Source of the DNA: an uncultured Alphaproteobacteria bacterium
GTDB taxonomy: Bacteria; Pseudomonadota; Alphaproteobacteria; HIMB59; GCA-002718135
Direction of reading: 5' to 3'
Length of the DNA: 64,000 nt
NCBI GenBank assembly: GCA_902618385.1
Contig: CACNAF010000001.1
Span: forward strand, 40,207 to 104,206
The translations under genes and the position numbers were made by a program. The notes under the pieces were generated by a model. That model saw only the letters and a program-made list of their open reading frames with translations. It did not search any database and was not told where the DNA came from. Each line of letters opens with the position of its first letter. The stretch's first letter is position 1. Shown here in pieces: positions 36,753 through 46,610 of the stretch.

Positions 36753-37604
36753 ATGGATGTGAATAAAATTACACTAGGATACTGGAGTACAAAAGGACTT
36801 GGCTCTGCATCAAGACAAATGATTATTTATGCAGGCGTTCCTCTAATAGCAAAAATTTATAAAGTACTTCCTAAAGAAGAAAATAATCAGATTATATATG
36901 AGGGAAGTTCATGGCATGATAATGATAAAATTGATTTAAAAAAAAAAAATAGTTTAATTAATTTACCATACTTAAAATATTTTAAGGATGATAAAGAATT
37001 CATAATATCTCATTCCAATACCTGTCTAACTTTTTTGGGTAAAGAATTTGGTATGTTTGGTGAGACGCAAGAGGAAGAGATAGAGTGTGAGCAGTTACTG
37101 CAAGAAACTGTAGATTTAAGATCAATTGTAACAAGATTTGCTTACACTCATTTTAATTCTAAAGATGAAGAATTATTAGCAGCTAAAGAAGTTTACAATA
37201 CAGCATTTGAAAATTCTAACTCTGGTAAACTTCAGAAATTCGAACATTGGCTCTCCTCTAAAGATAAAAGCAAAACTAAATTATTTTTAGTAGGTAATAA
37301 AATTTCTTCTCCAGATTTTAACCTTTTTGACACTTTAGATCTTTATTGTGAGTTTTTACTTTATTATAATTTTGTTGAAAATGCAGATAATAATAATGTT
37401 TTTGCTTTGCTGGAATATCCTCTGATTTCAGATTTTTTTAATAACTTTAAGCAACTTCCCAAAATGCAAAAATATTTTGAATCTGAATTATACAAACTGC
37501 CATTTACAAATAAAGGAGCTAAATTCGGATCAGGTAAAAGTGGTATAACGTGGAACCCAAGTATTGATACTGATACAACACCAGATCAAATAATTGTTGA
37601 ATAA
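36753..37604 (+). CDS. Glutathione S-transferase, mu-class-like
   Basis: LGYWSTKGLGSASRQ (compare mu LGYWDIRGLAHAIR), NLPYL, SHSNTCLTFLGKEFGMFGETQEEE, FLVGNKISSPDFNLFDTLDL. Carries inserts relative to ~218-aa animal mu GSTs. Confidence 0.7.
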   Translation: MDVNKITLGYWSTKGLGSASRQMIIYAGVPLIAKIYKVLPKEENNQIIYEGSSWHDNDKIDLKKKNSLINLPYLKYFKDDKEFIISHSNTCLTFLGKEFGMFGETQEEEIECEQLLQETVDLRSIVTRFAYTHFNSKDEELLAAKEVYNTAFENSNSGKLQKFEHWLSSKDKSKTKLFLVGNKISSPDFNLFDTLDLYCEFLLYYNFVENADNNNVFALLEYPLISDFFNNFKQLPKMQKYFESELYKLPFTNKGAKFGSGKSGITWNPSIDTDTTPDQIIVE

Positions 37605-37630
37605 AAATATAAAATTTATAAAGTAATTTT

Positions 37631-38236
37631 ATGGAAGAGGTAAATTTTTGGTTTTCAATAGGAAGTACTTATACGTATTTAACAGTCAATAGGTTGCATG
37701 AGGTTGCAGAAAAAGAAAACATTAAATTTAATTGGCATCCTTTTAGTGTAAGAAAAATTATGATGGATATGGATAACATTCCATTCACTCCACCAGCCAA
37801 AAAAATAAAATCAGATTACATGTGGAGAGATATTGAAAGACGAGCAAAATTTTATGGCTTTGAAGCTAAGGTGCCAGCACCATATCCATTAAAAGAATTT
37901 GATTTAGCAAATCAAATTGCAATTCTTGGAATGAATGAAGGGTGGGGAGTTGATTATGTTTACAAAACATATCAAAGATGGTTTCAGCAAGGAAAAGAAC
38001 CAGCTACGCAGCCAAACTTAAACGAAATATTTAAAGAGCTTAACCTAGATTCAGAAGAAACTATAAAGAAAGCTAATACACAGGAAATAAAAGATAAATA
38101 TCTAAGCAATACTGAATATGCCTACAAAAAAGGAGTTTTTGGAAGTCCTACATTTGTATATGATGGCAAAGAAGTATTTTGGGGAGATGACAGACTTGAA
38201 GATTGCATTAAATGGATTAGGTTAAAGGGTAAGTAA
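37631..38236 (+). CDS. 2-hydroxychromene-2-carboxylate isomerase / DsbA-like (kappa-GST-related) protein
   Basis: N-terminal FWFSIGSTYTYL and C-terminal GVFGSPTFVYDGKEVFWGDDRLE, typical of the HCCA isomerase family. Confidence 0.8.
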   Translation: MEEVNFWFSIGSTYTYLTVNRLHEVAEKENIKFNWHPFSVRKIMMDMDNIPFTPPAKKIKSDYMWRDIERRAKFYGFEAKVPAPYPLKEFDLANQIAILGMNEGWGVDYVYKTYQRWFQQGKEPATQPNLNEIFKELNLDSEETIKKANTQEIKDKYLSNTEYAYKKGVFGSPTFVYDGKEVFWGDDRLEDCIKWIRLKGK

Positions 38237-38370
38237 ATTAATATGAAGTTCCTAAATTTTATTTTTCCAAAAGGTCAATGGTCATTAACTAGAGTGGCAA
38301 TACTATTTATAATATTTATGATCCTTGATTTTATTGTTGTTTATTACAAAATTATATAAGACTTAAATTA

Positions 38371-40185
38371 GTGGCTAGTGATTTATTATTTTCTCTAAGA
38401 GATGTAGAAATCAAATTTGGCAAAAAAGTTATTTTCCAAGATCTAAACTTAAATTTACACAAGGGTGATATGATTGCGCTTGTTGGTAAAAATGGTGTTG
38501 GCAAAACAACACTTATGAAAACTATAAATGGTGATCAAGATTTAGATGCAGGAGAATTATGGAATTACCCTGGTCTTAAAGTTGGATATTTTAATCAGAA
38601 ATTTGAAAAACTAGATAATAAAACCATTGAAGAGAATTTTTCAGATTTACTTAACGAACAAAATAAACATTTTGTTGATATATTTTGCAATAAACTCAAT
38701 TTAGACAAATTTACTAATGTTGAAGATCTTTCAGGAGGGCAAAAAAGAAAAGTTTATTTAATTAGGTCTTTATTAAAAGACTCCGATGTTTTGTTATTAG
38801 ATGAGCCAACCAATCATCTAGATTTGCAATGCATCGAATGGCTAGAAAGTTATTTACGCAATTTAAATAAGACAATTATATGTGTGAGTCATGATCGAAC
38901 TTTTCTCAGTAATTTTACTAACAAAGTTTTTTGGATAGATAGAGGAAAATTACGAGTAAGTCCTAGAGGATTTAAAGATTTTGATAAATGGTCAGAGGAG
39001 TTACTTGATCAAGAATATAGAGAATTAAGAAATAGAAAGCAATTTGTTAATATTGAACTTGAGTGGGCAAATAAAGGCGTTAAAGCTCGTGTAAAGAGGA
39101 ATGAAAAAAGATTAAAAAGAGCAAAAGAATTAAAAGCGCAATTAGAAAAAGATGAAGCTTCTTATAGAAGTGCAATTAAATCTTTAAGACCGCAAGTTTC
39201 TAAAAAATCGACTGATCAATCGAAATTTATTGCTGAACTTCAAGAAGTGTTTGTGAAATATCCAAATCAAAGTGAATTTGTTTTTAAAAACCTATCTATT
39301 AAAATTTCAAAAAATGATCGTATCGGTCTGTTAGGTAATAATGGAAGTGGTAAATCAACTTTTCTTCGAACAATCCTCAATGAAATAAAAATTTCTAAAG
39401 GTAAAATCAAACTGAAAAAAAATTTAGAATTTTCTTATTTTGATCAAATGCGTAATGATCTTAATGGCAGAAAATCTATTAAAGATATCTTAGTGCCCTC
39501 TGGAGGAGATTATTTAAAAGTTCAGGGAAGAGATAGGCATGTTTGCAGTTACGTGAAAGATTTTCAGTTTGATCCTAAAAATGTCAATCATACGATACAA
39601 ACATTATCAGGTGGAGAGCAAAATAGATTACTTTTAGCAAAAGTTTTAGCTAATCCGAAGACTGGACTTATTTTAGATGAGCCAACAAATGACCTAGATT
39701 TAGAAACATTAGATCTATTAACTGAAATGTTATCCAATTATAGTGGAACGTTATTAATAGTATCGCATGATCGAGATTTTTTAGATCAAACTGTAAATAA
39801 AATTCTACATTTCAAAGAGGATGGAAATGTATCATTATTTTTTGGTGGATACAGTGATTTTCTGAAATCCGAAAATCAACAAGTTACTAAAAATAAAGAA
39901 ACAAAAAAATCACATTCAGAAAATAACAAAGTAAAAAGTTCAAAACATAAATTATCGTATAAGTTTCAATATGAATTAGAGCAATTACCAAACCAAATAA
40001 AAAATATTCAACAAGAATTAGACGATATTAAAAATGAATTAAAGGATACAAACCTATATTTGGAAAATTATGAACGTTATAAAGAAATAACTTCTAAAAT
40101 GGAAGTTCTTAATAGTGATCTCAATACAAAAGAGAATAGGTGGTTTGAATTAATTAAAATGGAAGAGGATCTAGTTAGTAATTAA
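38371..40185 (+). CDS. ABC-F family ATPase (Uup-like)
   Basis: Two NBDs (GKNGVGKTT, GNNGSGKST; LSGGQKRK, LSGGEQNR), a charged linker, a C-terminal coiled-coil, no TM domain. GTG start. Confidence 0.9.
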   Translation: MASDLLFSLRDVEIKFGKKVIFQDLNLNLHKGDMIALVGKNGVGKTTLMKTINGDQDLDAGELWNYPGLKVGYFNQKFEKLDNKTIEENFSDLLNEQNKHFVDIFCNKLNLDKFTNVEDLSGGQKRKVYLIRSLLKDSDVLLLDEPTNHLDLQCIEWLESYLRNLNKTIICVSHDRTFLSNFTNKVFWIDRGKLRVSPRGFKDFDKWSEELLDQEYRELRNRKQFVNIELEWANKGVKARVKRNEKRLKRAKELKAQLEKDEASYRSAIKSLRPQVSKKSTDQSKFIAELQEVFVKYPNQSEFVFKNLSIKISKNDRIGLLGNNGSGKSTFLRTILNEIKISKGKIKLKKNLEFSYFDQMRNDLNGRKSIKDILVPSGGDYLKVQGRDRHVCSYVKDFQFDPKNVNHTIQTLSGGEQNRLLLAKVLANPKTGLILDEPTNDLDLETLDLLTEMLSNYSGTLLIVSHDRDFLDQTVNKILHFKEDGNVSLFFGGYSDFLKSENQQVTKNKETKKSHSENNKVKSSKHKLSYKFQYELEQLPNQIKNIQQELDDIKNELKDTNLYLENYERYKEITSKMEVLNSDLNTKENRWFELIKMEEDLVSN

Positions 40186-40192
40186 GCGACAA

Positions 40193-40981
40193 TTAATATG
40201 CGCTAGTATTATCAGATTTAGTATCTACATCTTTCAATTCTTTTAATAAACTTTCAGCATGTGATGTCATCATTCTAAAATCAGAAAGTAAAGTGGTAAA
40301 TTGAAAACCGTACTCCATCATTTCTTTCATATACTTTACCGATCCATTATGGATACCTGCAATCTTTCCTTTTTCTTTTGCTTTTTTTGCAATCATTTTA
40401 ATATTTGAAAATACTGGATCTTCACGAACATCAAATTTAGGTGGCAAACCATAAGAAGAACTCATATCTGCAGGTCCAATATAAATACCAGTTAAGTTTG
40501 GAACCGAGAGAATGGCATCTAGGTTCTCCACTGCTTGTTTCGTTTCGATCATTGCTAAACTTACAATATTATCATTTGCATGTTGATAGTAATCTGAACC
40601 ATAAACTACTTGAGCTCTCATAGGGCCAAAACTTCTTTGACCTATGGGAGGATAATAACAATATGAAACAAATTTTTCACAGTCCTCTTTAGTATTAATC
40701 ATTGGCGCAATAATTCCTTGAACACCTAAATCTAACATTTTCATAATAATACCAGGTTCGTTCCATGGAACTCTTGTCATAGGTACAGTATCACTATTTG
40801 TTAAACCTTGTATCATTGCAATTGAACTTGAATAATCATTCTGGCCATGCTGCATATCGATGGTTACTGAATCCCAACCCATTTTACCAAAGGCTTCTGC
40901 CGTAAAAGAATTAGGTATAGAAAGCCACGCATTGATAGATGCTTTATCTTTTTTCCAAATATCAAATAATTTGTTTTTCAT
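40193..40981 (-). CDS. HpcH/HpaI-family aldolase
   Basis: 262 aa. GWDSVTIDMQHG and IIAPMINTKED motifs are typical of class II 2-keto-3-deoxy-acid aldolases. Confidence 0.8.
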   Translation of the reverse strand: MKNKLFDIWKKDKASINAWLSIPNSFTAEAFGKMGWDSVTIDMQHGQNDYSSSIAMIQGLTNSDTVPMTRVPWNEPGIIMKMLDLGVQGIIAPMINTKEDCEKFVSYCYYPPIGQRSFGPMRAQVVYGSDYYQHANDNIVSLAMIETKQAVENLDAILSVPNLTGIYIGPADMSSSYGLPPKFDVREDPVFSNIKMIAKKAKEKGKIAGIHNGSVKYMKEMMEYGFQFTTLLSDFRMMTSHAESLLKELKDVDTKSDNTSAY

Positions 40982-41240
40982 AATTATGATTAGAATATAC
41001 TTATAATTTATATTATATTATTACTATCCTTAAACATTATTTAATTTATAAAAACTATAAAATGATAAAATTTATAATTTGGTCTTTAATAGCAATTTTT
41101 TTAATAGTTATTTTTTATTTTTCTTTTAACTATTTTTTAAGTTTAATTAGGGAGCAAATGATTTTTATGCTTTAGATTAATTTTTTGTCGCAATTCCTAA
41201 TTTTCTTCGTTTTTTTGGGTCAAAATATTTCATAAATAGA

Positions 41241-41269
41241 TTTACAGGGTTTCTATTTGTAGTATAAAT
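41241..41269 (+). promoter_or_regulatory. Candidate sigma70-type promoter of the SBP/ARH-like operon
   Basis: TTTACA (41241-41246), 16-nt spacer, TATAAA (41263-41268), about 22 nt before the start codon. Confidence 0.3.
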
Positions 41270-41290
41270 TTCTTATATATGGAGGAAATG

Positions 41291-42616
41291 ATGAATAAAA
41301 TTTTAAATATTTTTTTAACTTTTATTCTTACAGCTTTTTTCGCAACTTCAACATTTGCTGCCACTAAAGTAGTTTGGTGGATGGAAAGTAGTGCAGATAC
41401 TGACCCTACAGTTCAAGAAATGATGTGTGATGCTTTTAATGCTGAACAAGATGAAGTAGAATTAGAATGTGTATTCAAAGAAGACATTAATGATACTATC
41501 AGACCAGCTCTTTTATCTGGAAGTGGACCGGACATGTTTGATACACCTGGTGCTTCTTACATAAAAATTTACCAAGATGCAGGTCTTGTTAAATCTATGC
41601 AAGAGTATGCTGATCAATATGGTTGGCAAGATAAACTTCTAGGTTGGGCTTACAACTCAGGAGTATTTGATGGTGAATTATATTCAATTCCAAAAAACTA
41701 TGAAACAATGATTTATTTTTATAATAAAACTTTGTTTGAAGAAAATGGATGGAGTACGCCAAATAATTTAGAAGAAGTTGAATCTTTAGCTGCTAAAATT
41801 AAAGCTAAGGGAATGAATGTTTACGCGTATGGTTCTGCTGGATGGCAGCCAACTCACGAACATTTAGTAGGAAACTATTTCAACACTTATGCTGGACCAG
41901 ATAATGTCTATAAAGCATTAATTGGTGAAAAAAAGTGGACTGATCCAGAGTTTGTAGAAGCAATTGAACTTTTAAGAAAACACATGGTAGATGAAGGTTA
42001 TTGGTCTGGGGATTTAGAGACATATTATTCTTTAGATTGGGATGATTTTAATAACGAGTTTGCTACTAGAGGTTCTGCGATGCTCATGATTGGAACTTGG
42101 GGTTTCAATGTAACGGCAACGAATTTTGGAGAAACTTCTGATGATTGGGATTGGAATCCTTTACCGATTCTGAATTCACAGGCAGGAAGTGCTCCTAATT
42201 ACCAACTTGCAACAGGTGGAACAATGTCCATTAATGCAGCATCTAAAAATGCTGATGGAGCTGCAAAAGTAATTGATTGGATTCTTTCTGATAAAGAAAG
42301 AGCTCTTAAAGTTACTGGTAGTTTAGGTTATGGCGCTTGGTTGTTACCACTAAAATACACTGATGCTGACTTTGATCCTAATATTGATCCAAGACAAAAA
42401 AGATTCTTAACTGAATTCGCAGAAGCTTCTGATTCTGGAAACTATGGATATACAACATGGACGTTCTATCCGAATGATCCAGGTGTTCATATTTGGAAAG
42501 ACATGGAAGTGGTTTGGGCTGGAGATATTACTCCACTTGAATTCATGGAAGAATCTCAAAGACTTTGGGATCAAGCTCGTGCAGACGATGCATTAGTTCC
42601 AGTTGGAAAAAGATAA
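41291..42616 (+). CDS. Periplasmic sugar-type solute-binding protein (CUT1 family)
   Basis: Signal peptide MNKILNIFLTFILTAFFATSTFA. The GGAGG inside the ORF-track N-terminus (41281-41285) argues for a start at 41291. Family-1 SBP-like. Confidence 0.85.
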   Translation: MNKILNIFLTFILTAFFATSTFAATKVVWWMESSADTDPTVQEMMCDAFNAEQDEVELECVFKEDINDTIRPALLSGSGPDMFDTPGASYIKIYQDAGLVKSMQEYADQYGWQDKLLGWAYNSGVFDGELYSIPKNYETMIYFYNKTLFEENGWSTPNNLEEVESLAAKIKAKGMNVYAYGSAGWQPTHEHLVGNYFNTYAGPDNVYKALIGEKKWTDPEFVEAIELLRKHMVDEGYWSGDLETYYSLDWDDFNNEFATRGSAMLMIGTWGFNVTATNFGETSDDWDWNPLPILNSQAGSAPNYQLATGGTMSINAASKNADGAAKVIDWILSDKERALKVTGSLGYGAWLLPLKYTDADFDPNIDPRQKRFLTEFAEASDSGNYGYTTWTFYPNDPGVHIWKDMEVVWAGDITPLEFMEESQRLWDQARADDALVPVGKR

Positions 42617-42629
42617 TTTATAAATTTAA

Positions 42630-42654
42630 ATAAGGGGAAATATTTTCCCCTTAT
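42630..42654 (+). promoter_or_regulatory. Intercistronic hairpin after the SBP gene
   Basis: ATAAGGGGAAA-tat-TTTCCCCTTAT, 11-bp perfect stem, followed by an A-rich rather than a T-rich tract. Confidence 0.5.
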
Positions 42655-42670
42655 TAAAAATAATAAAATT

Positions 42671-43549
42671 ATGCCAAAATTTTTAACAAGTATAAATGCA
42701 ATTTCCTGGTACTTTTTATTTCCAGTAATATTTATTCATTTCTTTGTGGTGATGTTTCCATCGGTACTAAGTTTATTGTTATGTTTAACGGACTGGAATG
42801 GTTTTGGCAGAATAAATTACGTTGGATTAGAAAACTTTCAAGAATTATTTAGAGACCGTGTTTTCAAGAAAGCAGTTAAACACAACATAATTTGGACAGT
42901 AATGTTCTTAACAATACCAGTAATAGTAGCACTTATTATAGCCTATCTTTTAACTGGAATAAAAAGAGGACAACTTTTTTATAGGCTAGTATATTTTTTT
43001 CCATATATTTTAGCCAGTATCGTTAACTGTTTGATTTGGAGATACATATTCCATCCAAGACATGGTTTAGGTGGTTGGTTTGAGAATCAAGGTATTGATT
43101 TTCTTGCTAAGTCACCTTTTGCAATGAAAGAGACTGCTTTATACGCTGTTGCCTGGGTAGATATGTGGCACTTCTGGGGCTTCTTAGTTATTATTTATTT
43201 AACTGGCATGTATCAAGTTGATGATTCTCTTTATGAAGCAGCAGATATTGAAGGAGCAACAAAATTTCAAAAATTTAGATATATTACTTTACCAATGATA
43301 CGTCCAATTTTTGTTTTATCTTTAATAATTATCATTATCTGGTCTGTCCCAACATTTGATTATGTATACATTTTAACAATGGGTGGGCCAGCATACAGTT
43401 CTGAAGTTGTAGCAAATCATCTGTACTCTCAAGCCTTTCAACGAATGAATGTTGGTTACGCGTCTACTATAGGTGTTATGATGTTCTTCTATGTCGGTAT
43501 TATAGTTGGTTTTTTTGCAATTTTAAGGCGGATGGGTTGGGAGGTATAA
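42671..43549 (+). CDS. CUT1 ABC permease (MalF/UgpA-like)
   Basis: 292 aa, EAA-loop YEAADIEGATKFQKFRYITLPM. Confidence 0.9.
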   Translation: MPKFLTSINAISWYFLFPVIFIHFFVVMFPSVLSLLLCLTDWNGFGRINYVGLENFQELFRDRVFKKAVKHNIIWTVMFLTIPVIVALIIAYLLTGIKRGQLFYRLVYFFPYILASIVNCLIWRYIFHPRHGLGGWFENQGIDFLAKSPFAMKETALYAVAWVDMWHFWGFLVIIYLTGMYQVDDSLYEAADIEGATKFQKFRYITLPMIRPIFVLSLIIIIIWSVPTFDYVYILTMGGPAYSSEVVANHLYSQAFQRMNVGYASTIGVMMFFYVGIIVGFFAILRRMGWEV

Positions 43550-43557
43550 AATTATAA

Positions 43558-44400
43558 ATGGCAACTGCAAGATTTAGACAAAGATCTAGCTATATAAATC
43601 ACGCCATTTTGATTTTTATGGCTTTAACAATTATTTTACCATTACTAGTTTTAGCTTTTAATTCTATAAAACCATCTTCTGAATTTGGAGCAAATCCTTT
43701 AGGTTTTCCAAATGAAATAAGATTGATGAATTATTATGATGCTTGGGTAAATGGAAATTATACTCAAATATTTACGAATTCACTTACTTTGGTTATCGGG
43801 ACATTGATATTAAATTTGACTGTTTCAGGCCTTGCTGCTTTCAGTTTGGCAATTTTAAACCCAAGAGGAATTCAAACAATTGTTGTTGGCTTATACCTTT
43901 TAGTTGGAATAAGTATTCCTGCTCAATTATTTATTTTACCATTATTTTTAATGTGGAAAAGTTTATATCTCCTAGACACAAGGATTGGTTTAGTTATTAT
44001 TTATAGCGCCTTAAATGCCCCTTTCGCAACTTTCTTAATTCGATCATATATGTTGCAACTACCTACAGAACTATTTGAAGCTGCTAAACTAGATGGGGCA
44101 TCTGTTATGCAATTGTTTACAAGGGTTGCCCTACCTTTATCTTGGCCAGTTTTTTTAACAACAGCGCTTATTGTGTCATTAACAGTTTGGAATGAGTTTT
44201 TATTTGCTATTACTTTTATTATTACTGATGAGTACAAACCTATTTCATCAATTTTGTTTACATTCCAAAGTAGATTTGCAAATGATTATGGGTTGGTAAG
44301 CGCAGCTTCAATTTTAATGGCTGCACCAATTGCTATTTTATTTATGTTTTTCCAAAGAAGGTTTATTGCTGGTTTAACGAGTGGAGCAACTAAAGGTTAA
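43558..44400 (+). CDS. CUT1 ABC permease (MalG/UgpE-like)
   Basis: 280 aa, EAA-loop FEAAKLDGASVMQLFTRVALPL. Confidence 0.9.
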   Translation: MATARFRQRSSYINHAILIFMALTIILPLLVLAFNSIKPSSEFGANPLGFPNEIRLMNYYDAWVNGNYTQIFTNSLTLVIGTLILNLTVSGLAAFSLAILNPRGIQTIVVGLYLLVGISIPAQLFILPLFLMWKSLYLLDTRIGLVIIYSALNAPFATFLIRSYMLQLPTELFEAAKLDGASVMQLFTRVALPLSWPVFLTTALIVSLTVWNEFLFAITFIITDEYKPISSILFTFQSRFANDYGLVSAASILMAAPIAILFMFFQRRFIAGLTSGATKG

Positions 44401-44422
44401 TATTTAAAACGGGAGTAATTAA

Positions 44423-46585
44423 ATGGACCTAAATAAGACTTTTGAAGATAAAGTATACGCAGGTGTATTAGGAAAAATCATTGGTGTTTACTTAGGCCGT
44501 CCTTTTGAAGGTTGGTATTACGACCGAATAATGAAAGAACTTGGTCCAATTAATTATTATGTAAATGATAAATTAGATTTTCCCATTCATGTAACAGATG
44601 ATGACTTAACAGGAACATTTAGATTTATTAATGCTTTGAAGCATTTTAATTTTGATAAAAATATTACCGCAAAACAAATTGGTCAAACCTGGTTAAATTA
44701 TTGTTTGGAAAATCAGACTGTACTTGCATGGGCTGGAAAAGGTATCTTAACTGAAGAAAGTGCTTTTATGAATTTGAAACAAGGTATTCATGCTCCTGAA
44801 AGTGGTTCTATTAAAATGAATGGAAAAGTAATTGCCGAGCAAATAGGTGCTCAAATATTTATTGATGGATGGGGAATGGTCTCGCCAGGAGATCCCGAGC
44901 AAGCAGTTGAATTAGCAAAAAAAGCTGGCAGTGTAAGTCATGATGGTGAATCTGTTTACGGTGCTCAAGTGGTAGCTGCAATGGAAGCATATTCTTTTAT
45001 TGAAAATGATATTAAAAAAATAATTGAAAACAGTAAAAAGTTTGTTCCTTCTGACTCGACAATTTACAAACTTATTTCTGATATTCAAGATTGGAGTTCA
45101 GGTAATTTAGACTGGGAGCAAGCAAGAACTAAAATTGAAGATAAATATGGTTATGCAAAATTTCCAGGTAATTGTCATATCGTTCCCAATCATGCTTTAA
45201 TTATTCTCGCACTACTTTTTGGTGATGATAATTTTCAAAAATCTTTAATGATTGTAAATACTGCTGGTTGGGATACTGATTGTAACTCGGGTAATGTTGG
45301 GTGTATTTTAGGAATCAAAAATGGCCTAGAAGGTATTAAAGATGGTCCAGACTATATTACGCCTGTTAACGATATAATATATTTACCTACCGCATATGGC
45401 TCGGAAACAATGACCGATGCCTTAATAGAAAGTCAGAATATTATTAATATTACGAGAAGAATGAATGGACTAGAAAGTAAGTCTATAAAAAATAACGCAA
45501 GATATAATTTTGAGATGGAAACATCGACACAAGGTTGGATGGTAGATAAATCAAATGATAATAATTTAAACACTAAAATTTCAAATGTTGATTATAAATC
45601 TAATATTGGACAGAGAGCTCTAGAGATAAATTTTACTGACTTATCTTTTGGTTTATCAAGTGAAATTTATGTAGAAAGTTTTTTTCCTGAATGGTTTACA
45701 AGGTTAGAAGGTTATCAATTCCAAAGATACTTTCATTATGATTATGTAGCTTGCCCAACCGTATATAGCGGTCAAAAAATTAAGACAGAATTGATCTCAG
45801 ATACTGATAAAGATTTAAAAATTAATTTATTTATCAAATATTGGGGTGCTGATGATAAGCTCATTAAAGTATCATCTGATGATTTTAATATTAAGAATAA
45901 AGAAAGTAAAATTATAGAATGGATTGTACCTGATACTTTATCAAATCCAATTGGTCAGATTGGTATTAGTATTAACTCAGATAATAATAATAATGGCAAA
46001 ATTCTAATGAATTATTTAGATATTTCTGGAACACCTAAAATGACATTCAAAAGACCTGATCACATTGATGAATATACAAGAGGTATTTTTTATAAAGAAC
46101 AGCCTTACGGTCAATTATGGAAAAGGGCTTGGGTGAATGATGTAGATAAATGGCAATTTAGATGGCAAGAAGCTTTTAAAATTGTAAGAGGTATTGGAAG
46201 GGGCCACATTATGACTGGAAGTGAGACATGGAAAGATTATACAATCTCATCAAAGATATCCATTCCACTTGCATCTGCTGCTGGTCTGATACTAAGATCT
46301 CAAGGCTTAAAAAGATATTATTCTCTTGAGCTCACTTCTGACAAAAAGTTAAAAATAAATAAAATGGAGTATGAATTAAAAACTCTAAAAGAAATAGATT
46401 TTGATTTAGAATTTTTTAAAGATTACAATTTAAAATTCAAAGTTAAAGGCAATCATTTACAAGGTTTTGTCGATGATAATTTAATGATTGAGGTTGAAGA
46501 TAATGAAAATTCATTTGAACAAGGGATGATTGGTTTCATAACTGAAAATGGAGCTATTCAGAGTGAATCAATTTCAATAGAATAA
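44423..46585 (+). CDS. ADP-ribosylglycohydrolase-fold protein with a long beta-rich / lectin(jelly-roll)-like C-terminal extension, paralog 1
   Basis: 720 aa. ARH-family blocks are GVYLGRPFE, VTDDDLTGTF, GSVSHDGE, NTAGWDTDCNSGNVGCILG. The C-terminal ~160 aa (WKDYTISSKISI...GFITENGAI) resemble a LamG/DUF1080-type jelly roll. Confidence 0.7.
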   Translation: MDLNKTFEDKVYAGVLGKIIGVYLGRPFEGWYYDRIMKELGPINYYVNDKLDFPIHVTDDDLTGTFRFINALKHFNFDKNITAKQIGQTWLNYCLENQTVLAWAGKGILTEESAFMNLKQGIHAPESGSIKMNGKVIAEQIGAQIFIDGWGMVSPGDPEQAVELAKKAGSVSHDGESVYGAQVVAAMEAYSFIENDIKKIIENSKKFVPSDSTIYKLISDIQDWSSGNLDWEQARTKIEDKYGYAKFPGNCHIVPNHALIILALLFGDDNFQKSLMIVNTAGWDTDCNSGNVGCILGIKNGLEGIKDGPDYITPVNDIIYLPTAYGSETMTDALIESQNIINITRRMNGLESKSIKNNARYNFEMETSTQGWMVDKSNDNNLNTKISNVDYKSNIGQRALEINFTDLSFGLSSEIYVESFFPEWFTRLEGYQFQRYFHYDYVACPTVYSGQKIKTELISDTDKDLKINLFIKYWGADDKLIKVSSDDFNIKNKESKIIEWIVPDTLSNPIGQIGISINSDNNNNGKILMNYLDISGTPKMTFKRPDHIDEYTRGIFYKEQPYGQLWKRAWVNDVDKWQFRWQEAFKIVRGIGRGHIMTGSETWKDYTISSKISIPLASAAGLILRSQGLKRYYSLELTSDKKLKINKMEYELKTLKEIDFDLEFFKDYNLKFKVKGNHLQGFVDDNLMIEVEDNENSFEQGMIGFITENGAIQSESISIE

Positions 46586-46610
46586 ATTTTAATTTAAAAA
46601 AGGATGCGTT

